A stretch of 64,000 nt of DNA from an uncultured Gemmatimonadales bacterium (GTDB taxonomy: Bacteria > Gemmatimonadota > Gemmatimonadetes > Longimicrobiales > RSA9). The stretch is from positions 96,001 to 160,000 of the forward strand of contig CAWCRS010000002.1 of NCBI GenBank assembly GCA_963798085.1, read 5' to 3'. Positions 52,545 through 61,910 of this stretch are shown piece after piece (position 1 is the stretch's first letter; each line of letters begins with the position of its first letter). Under the pieces are notes generated by a model, which saw nothing but the letters and a program-made list of their open reading frames with translations, was not told where the DNA came from and ran no database searches. A program made the translations under genes and the position numbers.

Positions 52545-53067
52545 GTGCTCTGGTTCGTTTCCGTCTATTTCCTCACGGTGCTGGTGCTGCCGCTGGCCGT
52601 TGGGGGCGCGGTAACCTACCGCTCGCTCCCGTGCGGCCGAGAATGCCCGCGCTGTCGACACAGCACACTGCTGCTGTCATCGCCACATCTTCCGCCTGCT
52701 CTCCCGCCTGCCTTTCATCGAGCTGCAGCGTCGCTGGTGCCTGGATTGCGGCTGGCTGGGCGCCGTGCGCGTGCCTCGGCCCTCATTGCGCCTGGTGGTG
52801 GAAGGACGTTCCGATCCCACGACGGCTGCGCGCATCATCGACGTGCGCCATCTGCTGGTCGATGGTGTGTGGTGGCGCGTGCGGCTGGAAACGTGGCGCG
52901 CAGGCCGTCAGTGGTATGGGCGACTTCTCTTCGTCGAGCCGTCGGGCCGACTCTGGCCGGACGCGCGGCCGCTGAAGGGTGCCACGGATCGCGAAGTCCT
53001 GCGTCAGGCCCGTCGCCTGCCCGGCGGTCTTCTCGCCTCGCGACTGCGCGAACTGGTTTCACGCTGA
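52545..53067 (+). CDS. Membrane-anchored zinc-ribbon protein (+1 frameshift near 52690)
   Basis: TM helix, ECPRC, then RRWCLDCGW in the next frame, continuing into ORF 52765..53067. Confidence 0.6.
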
Positions 53068-53519
53068 GCCGCCGCACACGACGCCGCTTCCGCCGCGTTC
53101 TCCAGCAGTACGCGTCGCGACTTGTAGCGCAGTTTGCGCTGCGCATCCGCCAGTGACAGCCACGCGAAGCGACTGGACTCCTCGGAGAGGGTGACTTCGG
53201 TGCGCTTCGCCTCGGCGAGGTAGTACGTCACGCGCTTGCGGATGAAGGTGCGCTCGCTGTCATCCCCCGCAACGAAGCGATAGTCCTCCGCGTGCTCGAA
53301 GCCAGCCACGAGCCGCACGTCTCTGCGTGCGAGTCCCGTCTCCTCTTCCAGCTCGCGCAGTGCTGCCTGCTGCAGGGTTTCGCCGGCATTGAGTCCGCCC
53401 TTGGGGAATTCCCAGAGTGGACGGCGCGTCAGCCGCGAACGCAGCAGCAGGAATCGGCAGCCGTCTGCGGTGCGCTGGAACACGATGACGCCCGCGGAAA
53501 CATCGCGGCGCTCACGCAT
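53004..53519 (-). CDS. NUDIX hydrolase (Ap4A hydrolase-like)
   Basis: SAGVIVF, WEFPKGGLNAGETLQQAALRELEEETGL. Confidence 0.9.
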   Translation of the reverse strand: MRERRDVSAGVIVFQRTADGCRFLLLRSRLTRRPLWEFPKGGLNAGETLQQAALRELEEETGLARRDVRLVAGFEHAEDYRFVAGDDSERTFIRKRVTYYLAEAKRTEVTLSEESSRFAWLSLADAQRKLRYKSRRVLLENAAEAASCAAAQRETSSRSREARRPPGRRRA

Positions 53520-53718
53520 CATCACGACTCTTCCGACATCGGCAGTGTCTGTTGCAGGGTGGCGAACGCTAGGTCCCGGTGCAACGCACAGCAAGTCCGC
53601 CGGGGCACGCAGTTGACATTCGCCACGGTGCAGGGGAGCTTAGCGGCCGGGGCGATCCTCTACCAACGGAGCACGACAGGGTCCGCATGGCTTGGATGGC
53701 GATACGGCGCAGTGCGTC

Positions 53719-54132
53719 ATGAACCTGACCATGGCAGTGATCTGTGACGAAGCGCGCGAGCGGCCCGATGGCCGCTTCGACATTGTCGGTGTGTACAGTG
53801 AGCTGTCGGCGCCCGGTTTCCCCGCCATACAGGAGCGCATGACAGTGGTGTTCGTCATTGAGTGGGCAGTCGAGGAAGCGGGCACGCAGGTGCTGCGCGC
53901 CGACCTCACCGATGCGGACGGCCAGCGTATTCTCACGATCGAAGGTGAGACGGAAGTCTCCCGCCGCGCCGGCGACCGCCCACCCGCAATGACCCGCATG
54001 ATCATGCCTCTCGAGCAGGTCATCTTCCCGCGTGCCGGCCGTTACCGCTTCGACCTGGTGGCGGGCGGCGATGTGCATCCGGCCTGTTCGCTGTTCGTGG
54101 GCCAGCCGGCCGAATCGGGCCGGGCCCACTGA
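53719..54132 (+). CDS. Hypothetical beta-sandwich protein (DUF6941-like)
   Basis: AVICDEA..DGRFDIVGVY..FP..GRYRF. Confidence 0.6.
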   Translation: MNLTMAVICDEARERPDGRFDIVGVYSELSAPGFPAIQERMTVVFVIEWAVEEAGTQVLRADLTDADGQRILTIEGETEVSRRAGDRPPAMTRMIMPLEQVIFPRAGRYRFDLVAGGDVHPACSLFVGQPAESGRAH

Positions 54133-54195
54133 CGCGTCGCGGCAGGGCCGCGCGCGTCCGCGTCTGACCAGCACCGCATAACCCCTGGAGTACGC

Positions 54196-55564
54196 ATGAC
54201 CGAGAGTGAGAAGCGACCACGCGTTCCGCTGCACACGAAAATCCTGCTGGGCCTGCTGATCGGCGCCGGCGCCGGTGTGGCCAGCAATCTGCTGTGGCAC
54301 AATTCGCCCCGCCTCAACTGGCTGGTGGACAATGTGGCCACGCCTGCAGGTCAGATCTTTCTGCGCATGCTGTTCATGGTGGTGGTCCCGCTCGTCTTCA
54401 CCACGCTCTCCCTCGGCGTCGCCAACCTGGGCGATATCCGGCGTCTCGGGCGCGTGGGCGGCAAGACGCTGGCCTTCTTCATCATAACAACCGGGTTAGC
54501 CGCCACCATCGGCCTGACCATGTTCAACATCGTCCGGCCCGGCTCGCGGCTGGATCCCGCCGTGCGCGCCGGACTGCTGCAGCAGTATTCGTCGCAGGCC
54601 GAAGTGACCGTCAATGCCGCCGCCAACACCGGGTTCGGCATCAACACGTTCGTCAGCATTGTGCCCAGGAACATTGTGGACGCGGCGGCCAAGGGCGACA
54701 TGCTGGGCCTGATCTTCTTCGCCCTGGTCTTCGGCGTGGCACTCACGCGCGTGCCGAAATCCATGGCGGATCCGGTACTGCGCGTGCTCGAGGGGATCGC
54801 CCAGGCGGTGGTCGAGATCATCGGCTTCGCCATGAAGCTGGCGCCCCTGGGCGTGGCCGGCCTCATCTTCGCCGTCACCGCGCGCTTCGGCTTCGATGTG
54901 CTGCGCTCGCTCGGCGTCTTCGTCGTCATGGTGCTCATCGGCCTCGCCATCCAGCAGTTCGGCGTGATCGCCATCCTGGCAAAGGTGCTGGGCGGCTTCG
55001 GCCCGCGCGAGTTCTACAAACGAATGCGTTACGTCATGATCACGGCGTTCTCCACGTCCAGCTCGAACGCCACGCTGCCCACGTCACTGCGCACTGCGGA
55101 GGAGGAGTTCGGCGTACCGCGCGAGATTGCCGGCTTCGTGATCCCGCTGGGCGCCACCATGAACATGAACGGCACGGCGCTGTTCGAAGGCATGGTCGTG
55201 CTCTTCCTGGCGCAGGTCTTCGGCGTGCACCTCACGCTGGGCTCGCAGATCGTCGTCGTGGCCATGGCCATCATCACCGCGATCGGCGCCGCCGGCGTGC
55301 CCGCCGGCTCGATCCCACTGCTGGTCATGGTGCTCCAGAATGGTCGGTGTGCCCGGCGAAGGCATTGCCCTGGTGCTGGGCGTGGACCGCATCCTCGACA
55401 TGTCGCGCACCGTGCCCAATGTCACAGGCGACGTGTTGACGTCCATCGTCATCGCCCGCTCCGAGGGTTACACGCTCAAGCCCGCGTCCGCACCCGACTT
55501 CTCGAGCGCAGCCGCGGAGGAGGCCGCCGCCCACGAGCACGAATTGCACGCGGGCGGGGATTGA
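54196..55564 (+). CDS. Dicarboxylate/amino acid:cation symporter (+1 frameshift near 55339)
   Basis: FSTSSSNATLP, GATMNMNGT, GAAGVP, then GVDRILDMSRTVPNVTGD in the next frame. Confidence 0.92.
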
Positions 55565-55619
55565 ATGCGCATGGTGTGAAGCACTCGCTGCTTCGAAGCG
55601 GAGGCGGCGTGCAACACGG

Positions 55620-55655
55620 GAGGCGCGCAATCAGGTGGTTGCGCGCCTCTGCTTT
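55620..55655 (+). terminator. Hairpin / probable terminator
   Basis: GAGGCGCGCAA-8 nt-TTGCGCGCCTC followed by TGCTTT. Confidence 0.5.
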
Positions 55656-55677
55656 CCGGGTACTCCCACACAGGTTT

Positions 55678-55874
55678 TCACGCGGAGGCCCGGGGGCGCG
55701 GAGAACGGCGATGCAGCGGGGACGGAGCCGTCAGGACAGGGGGCTACTAACACGGTGTTCGACGGTTGAACGGCAGCGCCACTGCACCACGAGTTCCGCC
55801 AGGCGAAAGATCACCGCAGTCTGAAATACCTCCACCCCACCACCCTGGTCTGACCCTCCGCGTCTCCGCGTGAG
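55678..55874. repeat. Inverted pair of TCACGCGGAG..GCGGAG motifs
   Basis: TCACGCGGAGGCCCGGGGGCGCGGAG at 55678 and CTCCGCGTCTCCGCGTGAG at 55856. Confidence 0.45.
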
Positions 55875-56017
55875 CCAGTTCGTTATCCGTTGTCGGTGAT
55901 CGGCCAGCGCCTCGTCTGTCGCCCTGTCAATGGCCTGCCCGTGGCCCTCGATCCCTTGCTCCCTCGATCCGTACTCTGTCATCCGTCCCGGTGCCTCACA
56001 CGCCAGGACCCCGCGCC

Positions 56018-57442
56018 TCAACCGCCGCCCGGCATGGGCGCGCCGCCGGGAATGCCGGGCTCGGTCATGGCGCGCGCGTCCAGCACTTCGTTCAGCTCGG
56101 CTTCGGGCAGTACCTGCTGCTCCAGCGCGACGGCGCGCGCTGTAAGACCGCGTTTGAACGCTTCCTTGGCGATGCTGGCGGCCCTGTCGTAACCGATGCG
56201 CGGGGCGAGTGCCGTGGCCAGTGACAGGTTGCCTTCGAGCAGCTCGCGGCAGCGCTCCTCGTTCACGGTGATGCCCTTCACGCACTTGTCCGCCAGCACG
56301 CGTGCGGCGCTGGCCAGCAGTGCAATGGACTGGAGCAGGCCGCAGGTCATGACGGGCATCATCACGTTCAGCTCGAACCAGCTGCCCACGCCACCCATCG
56401 TGATCATTGCCTGGTTCCCCATCACCTGTGCTGCCACCATGGTGACGGCCTCCGGGATTACGGGATTCACCTTGCCCGGCATGATGCTCGAGCCCGGCTG
56501 AATCGCAGGCAGTGTAATTTCGGCGATGCCCGCGCGCGGGCCGCTGGCCATGAGGCGCAGGTCGTTGGCGATCTTCATGAGCGAGACGGCCAGCGTGTTG
56601 AGCGCGCCGTGCGCGTAGACGATGGTGTCGCGTGTGCCCTGTCGCTCGAAGTGATCGATGGCCTCGCGGAAGCGGATGCCCGTCTCCACGCTGAGTCGCG
56701 CAATGGTGCGGGGCGCGAACTCCGGGTGTGTGTTGATGCCTGTGCCCACGGCCGTGCCGCCCAGGGGCAGTTCCGCCATGTCCGATGCCGCTTCGCCCAG
56801 ACGGCGCATACCCTGCTCGACCTGTGCGGCATAGCCGGCGAATTCCTGGCCCAGGCGCACGGGCGTGGCATCCATCAGGTGGGTGCGGCCCGACTTCACA
56901 ATGCCGTCGAACTGTTTCGCCTTCGCCCGCAGCGCACCGTGCAGCTGGCGCAACGCCGGCAGCAGGTCACGCTCGATGGCCACGCACGCCGCCACCTGCA
57001 TGGCGGTAGGAATCACGTCGTTGGATGACTGGCCCGCGTTCACGTGATCGTTGGGGTGTACGCCTTTCGAGCCCGGCGCGCCGCCGCGCAGCTGGATGGC
57101 GCGATTGGCGATGACTTCGTTGGCGTTCATGTTGGTGGACGTGCCGCTGCCGGTCTGGAAGATGTCGATGGGGAAATGGCGATCCAGGCCGCCATCGATC
57201 ACCTCCTGCGCAGCCGCCAGAATGTCGCGCGCCAGCGCTGCGTCCAGCAGCCCCAGCTCGACGTTGGTCTCGGCGGCCGCCTTCTTGATCATGCCCAGTG
57301 CGGCAATGAAGGCGCGGGGAAAGCGCAGGTCGCTGATCGGGAAATTCTCCACTGCGCGCTGTGTCTGCGCTCCCCAGAGCGCGTCGGCCGGCACCTGCAT
57401 TTCGCCCAGCGAATCCCTTTCCACCCGATAACTCTGTGTCAT
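56018..57442 (-). CDS. fumC: Class II fumarate hydratase
   Basis: WGAQTQRA, QTGSGTSTNMNANEV, GRTHLMDA, GSSIMPGKVNP. Confidence 0.95.
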   Translation of the reverse strand: MTQSYRVERDSLGEMQVPADALWGAQTQRAVENFPISDLRFPRAFIAALGMIKKAAAETNVELGLLDAALARDILAAAQEVIDGGLDRHFPIDIFQTGSGTSTNMNANEVIANRAIQLRGGAPGSKGVHPNDHVNAGQSSNDVIPTAMQVAACVAIERDLLPALRQLHGALRAKAKQFDGIVKSGRTHLMDATPVRLGQEFAGYAAQVEQGMRRLGEAASDMAELPLGGTAVGTGINTHPEFAPRTIARLSVETGIRFREAIDHFERQGTRDTIVYAHGALNTLAVSLMKIANDLRLMASGPRAGIAEITLPAIQPGSSIMPGKVNPVIPEAVTMVAAQVMGNQAMITMGGVGSWFELNVMMPVMTCGLLQSIALLASAARVLADKCVKGITVNEERCRELLEGNLSLATALAPRIGYDRAASIAKEAFKRGLTARAVALEQQVLPEAELNEVLDARAMTEPGIPGGAPMPGGG

Positions 57443-57516
57443 CAGAACCTCGTCGTCGTCTCGAATCCGATGGCGGCGTCCTTTCGTGCCGCCGGTTTCC
57501 TGCTGTCCCCGCTTCC

Positions 57517-58245
57517 TCAGCGCCGCGGCGGGCGCGAGGGGCGCAGCTCAATGCGGCTGGGCAGCGACCGCTCCGGAAACGCCAGCAGATCGAGGACCAC
57601 CTGCGCCACGTCCTCCGGCGCAATGCGCCAGTCATCGCCGGACGCGGTCGTGCTGCCGCCGAATTCCGTCGCCACACTGCCCGGCATGATGTAGCTGACG
57701 CGAATGTCGTCGTAGCGCACGTCCTGCATGAGCGCTTCGCTGAAGCCGATCAGCCCGAACTTGCTGGCGTTGTAGGCGCTCCCGCCGGGGAATGCGTTCT
57801 TCCCCGCGAGACTGCCAATGTTGATGATCCAGGCACTGCCCGCCTGGCGCAGGTGCGGGATGGCGGCGTGTGTGCAGTAGAACGTGCCGCTCAGGTTGGT
57901 CTCGATGATGGAGTCCCAAAGCTCAATGGTCATGTCGGCCACCGGCCGGAACGTGCCCACGCCGGCGTTGTTCACGAGGATGTCGATGCGGCCGAACGCG
58001 TCCGCCGTTGCGGCCACCAGCTGCCGGCACGCGGCGGCATCGCGCACATCGCAGACGACGCCCAGCGCCGCATCACTCCGTCCGCTCTGCTGATTCAGTT
58101 GCGCCGCCGCGGCTTCCACATCCGCCCGCTTGCGCGCGCCGATGGCCACGCGGCCGCCGGCCTCGACGATCGCCCGCGCAATGGCCAGACCAATGCCGCG
58201 ACTGCCCCCTGTGACGATCGCCGCCCTGCCCTCGAGATTCACCAT
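57517..58245 (-). CDS. SDR oxidoreductase
   Basis: TGGSRGIG, NNAG, YNASK, PGSVATEF. Confidence 0.92.
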   Translation of the reverse strand: MVNLEGRAAIVTGGSRGIGLAIARAIVEAGGRVAIGARKRADVEAAAAQLNQQSGRSDAALGVVCDVRDAAACRQLVAATADAFGRIDILVNNAGVGTFRPVADMTIELWDSIIETNLSGTFYCTHAAIPHLRQAGSAWIINIGSLAGKNAFPGGSAYNASKFGLIGFSEALMQDVRYDDIRVSYIMPGSVATEFGGSTTASGDDWRIAPEDVAQVVLDLLAFPERSLPSRIELRPSRPPRR

Positions 58246-58459
58246 GTCTCCCGGCTCGTGGTTACCTTTGCCGGCAGTTTACGCCGCGTCACGCGGGCCC
58301 GCTACTGAGTGGGTGACTCCCATGCGCCGGTGGTTGCGCGGGCGCGAACCTGCCGATCGTTTGGCAATGAGGCGGGTCGTGCGTAGTGTAGTCACGCGGA
58401 TGCGGCCCTGCCGCAACGTGTCCGGCGCCAACCCCAACCGTACTGGCATCGTCGTCTGC

Positions 58460-59188
58460 ATGAACATGGAAGGCAGAGTTGCACTGGTGACCGGTGGCGG
58501 CCGTCGTCTGGGCCGCGCGTTCGCGCTGGGCCTCGCGGGCGAGGGCGCGGACGTCATCGTGCACTACCACCAGTCGCGCACCGGCGCGGACGAGGTGGTG
58601 AGTCACATCACCGCCACTGGCCGGCGAGGACTGGCACTGCAGGCGGATCTGGGCCGCGTGCCTGACGCGCGCGCGCTGATCGAGCAGGCCGTGCTCGCCT
58701 TCGGCCGGCTCGACATCCTGGTCAACAGTGCGGCATCCTTCGAGCGCAAGCCGGTCGCCGAAATCACGGAGCAGGACTGGGACCGCGTACTCGCGCTCAA
58801 TCTCAGAGCGCCCTTCTTCCTGGCCCAGGCGGCCACGGCCGCGCTCGCCGCTAACAGTGGTGTCATCATCAACATTGCCGACCTCTCCGCGCTGCAGGCG
58901 TGGCCCACCTTCGCGCACCACGCCACCTCCAAGGCGGGACTGGTACACCTCACGCGCGTTCTGGCGAGGGCGCTGGCGCCCGCGATCCGTGTCAACGCCA
59001 TTCTTCCGGGCACTGTGCTGCCACCCGGTGATTTCCAGGGCGAAGACTGGGTGGGCGGCCGCGACCGCCACGTCGTCGGCCGCGAGGGCAGGCCGCAGGA
59101 TGTCGTCGACACGCTGCTCTGGCTGGTGCGCAGCGAGTTCGTGACCGGCCAGGCCATTGTCGTGGATGGCGGAAGGATGCTGTTATGA
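58460..59188 (+). CDS. Pteridine-reductase-like SDR (FolM/PTR1-like)
   Basis: TGGGRRLG, VHYHQS, VNSAASF, NIAD, HATSK, LAPAIRVNAILPG. Confidence 0.8.
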   Translation: MNMEGRVALVTGGGRRLGRAFALGLAGEGADVIVHYHQSRTGADEVVSHITATGRRGLALQADLGRVPDARALIEQAVLAFGRLDILVNSAASFERKPVAEITEQDWDRVLALNLRAPFFLAQAATAALAANSGVIINIADLSALQAWPTFAHHATSKAGLVHLTRVLARALAPAIRVNAILPGTVLPPGDFQGEDWVGGRDRHVVGREGRPQDVVDTLLWLVRSEFVTGQAIVVDGGRMLL

Positions 59189-60021
59189 CGGGCGTTCGCT
59201 GCCTGGGCCACAGACATCCGGCGCACGCCGCCGTGGTGTTACTGCTCCTGTCGCTCGCGGGCTGTCGCGTGCATTCGCCTGCGACCCGACTGGTGCTGGC
59301 CTCGACGACCTCGACACAGGATTCAGGGCTTTTCGATGAACTGCTGCCCGCGTTCGAGAAGGTCCATCCGGAACAGGACATTGTGGTGGTCGCGGTGGGC
59401 AGTGGCGAAGCGCTCGAGCTGGGGCGGCGTGGCGATGCCGATGTGCTGCTGGTGCACTCACCCGCGGCGGAATCGACCTATGTGGCCGAGGGCCGCGCAC
59501 AGGAACGGCGTCCTGTCATGTACAACGATTTCGTGGTAGTGGGCCCGGCTGCGGATCCGGCGGGCATTCGCGGCATGACGGACGCCGCGGCCGCGCTGCA
59601 GCGCATTGCCGGTGCTGGCGCAACGTTCGTCTCGCGCGGTGATGAGAGCGGCACGCACGCGAAGGAGAGGTCGCTGTGGACAGCGGCGGCGCTATCGCCT
59701 GCCGGCGCCTGGTACATCAATGCCGGTCAGGGCATGGGTGAAGTGCTGAATATCGCCAGCGAGAAGGCGGCGTACACGCTCAGTGACCGGGCGACGTTTC
59801 TCAATCTGCGCGACCGTCTCGCGCTGCAGCTCCTGGTCGAAGGTGACGTGCGGCTGCGCAACCAGTACAGCGTGATCGTGGTGCAGGGTGCGAAGAATGC
59901 GAAAGGCGCTGTGGCCTTCGCCGACTGGCTGACATCGCCGGCCGGCCAGGATTTCATCGGGCACTACGGTGTGGCGCGTTTCGGCAGCGCACTGTTCACG
60001 CCGGACGCCACCGCGCACTGA
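59185..60021 (+). CDS. tupA: Tungstate ABC transporter binding lipoprotein
   Basis: LAGC, ASTTSTQDSGL, GDADVLLVH, SRGDESGTH. Confidence 0.88.
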   Translation: MTGVRCLGHRHPAHAAVVLLLLSLAGCRVHSPATRLVLASTTSTQDSGLFDELLPAFEKVHPEQDIVVVAVGSGEALELGRRGDADVLLVHSPAAESTYVAEGRAQERRPVMYNDFVVVGPAADPAGIRGMTDAAAALQRIAGAGATFVSRGDESGTHAKERSLWTAAALSPAGAWYINAGQGMGEVLNIASEKAAYTLSDRATFLNLRDRLALQLLVEGDVRLRNQYSVIVVQGAKNAKGAVAFADWLTSPAGQDFIGHYGVARFGSALFTPDATAH

Positions 60022-60037
60022 CCGCCGCCGCCATCGC

Positions 60038-60775
60038 ATGGACCTGATCATCGCTGCCCTGCGCGAGGCAGTCCACCTGCTGTTCAGCGGTGATCCCTAC
60101 GTCTACGGCATTCTCGCGCTTTCGCTGCGTGTCTCGGGTGCGGCCGTGCTGATCGGCGCGCTGCTGGGCGTTCCCGCCGGTGTGCTGCTGGGCGTGGGCC
60201 GCTTTCCCGGACGCAACCTGCTGGTCACGCTGGTGCACACGGGCTTCGCGCTGCCGCCCACGGCCGTCGGCCTGGTGATATACATGCTGTTATCGCGCAG
60301 CGGGCCGCTGGGTCTGCTCGACCTGCTCTACACGCAGAACGCCATGATCATCGCGCAGGCTGTCATCGCCACACCATACATCGCCGGCATTACGACCGCC
60401 GCCGTACAGGCGGTGCCTCCCGACGCACGGCTGCAGGCGAAGGCGCTGGGCGCTTCGCCGGTGCAGGCGCTGGTCACGCATCTGCGCGAGGCCCGCCTGG
60501 GCATGGGCGCCGCGCTGCTGGCCGGCTTCGGCTCCATCTTCAGTGAAGTGGGCGCGGTGATGATCGTGGGCGGCAATCTGTACGGCCGCACTCGCACCCT
60601 CACCACGGCCATTGTGCTGGAAACGCGGCGAGGCGATTTCGCTATTGCGCTCGCGCTCGGCATCATCGTGCTGGGCACCGCATTCGCCGTGAATCTGCTG
60701 GTCACCCGCCTGCAGCAGCGCCGCACGGGCGCAGCCACCTGGGCGGATCCCGGCATCAGCCGCGTCTGGGCATGA
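60038..60775 (+). CDS. tupB: Tungstate ABC transporter permease
   Basis: LLSRSGPLG, SEVGAVMIVGGN..TRTLTTAI. Confidence 0.88.
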   Translation: MDLIIAALREAVHLLFSGDPYVYGILALSLRVSGAAVLIGALLGVPAGVLLGVGRFPGRNLLVTLVHTGFALPPTAVGLVIYMLLSRSGPLGLLDLLYTQNAMIIAQAVIATPYIAGITTAAVQAVPPDARLQAKALGASPVQALVTHLREARLGMGAALLAGFGSIFSEVGAVMIVGGNLYGRTRTLTTAIVLETRRGDFAIALALGIIVLGTAFAVNLLVTRLQQRRTGAATWADPGISRVWA

Positions 60776-61896
60776 TCGCCTCCGGAAACCCGGACTCGCC
60801 GCCACTGCGCGCGGAACGGCTGCGCCGCCGCTATGGCGGCCGGCTCATTGTCGACGTGGATGCGCTGCACGTGGGCGCAGGTGAAGTGCTGGCCGTGCTC
60901 GGGCCCAACGGCGCGGGCAAGAGCACGCTGTTCCGTCTGCTGCTGCTGCTCGAGCGTGCCGATGAAGGCCTTGTCCGCTTCCACGGCAGAGAGGTGCGCG
61001 CCGGCGATCGTACCGCGATGCGCAGCATGGCCGGCGTATTCCAGCGCGCCTTCGGTTTCGCCGGCACAGTACAGGACAACGTCGCCTACGGGCTGCGGGT
61101 GCGCGGCGTAGCGCGTGCCGAGCGGCGCGCTCGTGCGTTGCACGCGCTGGACTGGCTGGGCGTGCGCCATCTGGCGACGGCGCCCATGTCCGCGCTCTCC
61201 GGCGGCGAGCATCAGCGGGTGGCGCTGGCCAGGGCACTCGTGCTCGAGCCCGCGCTGCTGTTCCTGGACGAGCCGACGTCGAATCTCGACGTGACGGTGC
61301 GCCAGCGCTTCCGCGAGGAGCTGGGGCGCGTGGTGCGCGGGCATGCGGGCGGTGTCGTGCTCATCACGCACGATCCCGGGGACGCCTTCGCGCTGGCCGA
61401 TCGCATTGCCGTGCTGGAAGCCGGTCGCGTCACGCAGACGGGTACGCCGCTCGAGCTGGTGCTCTCGCCCGCATCACCGTTCATCGCCGCATTCACGGGC
61501 GCCGAGCTGCTGCTCAATGGCGAGGTGGCTGAGGTCGAGGATGGCATGGCCAACATCCTGTTTGCCAGCCGCATCACGGCGAGGGCGGCGCTCGCACCGG
61601 GGCAGAGCCTGACGCCTGGGCAGGCGGTGCACGTGGCGTATCGGCCGGAGGATGTGACGCTCACGCTGGCCGACCGCGATGAGGCGACGAGTGCGCGCAA
61701 CCGCTTCGCCGTGCGCGTGGCGGGCATTACGCCGGCGGGCGCGCTGCTGCGCATCCGGCTGGAGGGCCCGGTCTCGCTGGCGGCGCTGATCACGCGGGAA
61801 AGCGCGGCGTTGCTGTCGCTGGAGAACGGTGTGCGCATCGTCGCGCGGCTCAAGGCCAGCGCGCTGCGTGTGTTCGCCGGCGCACGCGCCGGCTGA
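60772..61896 (+). CDS. tupC: Tungstate/molybdate ABC ATPase with TOBE domains
   Basis: GPNGAGKST, LSGGE, DEPT, TSARN, ITRES..L.L..KAS. Confidence 0.85.
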   Translation: MIASGNPDSPPLRAERLRRRYGGRLIVDVDALHVGAGEVLAVLGPNGAGKSTLFRLLLLLERADEGLVRFHGREVRAGDRTAMRSMAGVFQRAFGFAGTVQDNVAYGLRVRGVARAERRARALHALDWLGVRHLATAPMSALSGGEHQRVALARALVLEPALLFLDEPTSNLDVTVRQRFREELGRVVRGHAGGVVLITHDPGDAFALADRIAVLEAGRVTQTGTPLELVLSPASPFIAAFTGAELLLNGEVAEVEDGMANILFASRITARAALAPGQSLTPGQAVHVAYRPEDVTLTLADRDEATSARNRFAVRVAGITPAGALLRIRLEGPVSLAALITRESAALLSLENGVRIVARLKASALRVFAGARAG

Positions 61897-61910
61897 CGCC
61901 GGCCCCCGGA

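Noticed and set aside
1380..55564. Mass pseudogenisation or programmed frameshifting
   Set aside because: The genes are otherwise intact, all shifts are +1 at one motif, and no slippery sequences are evident.
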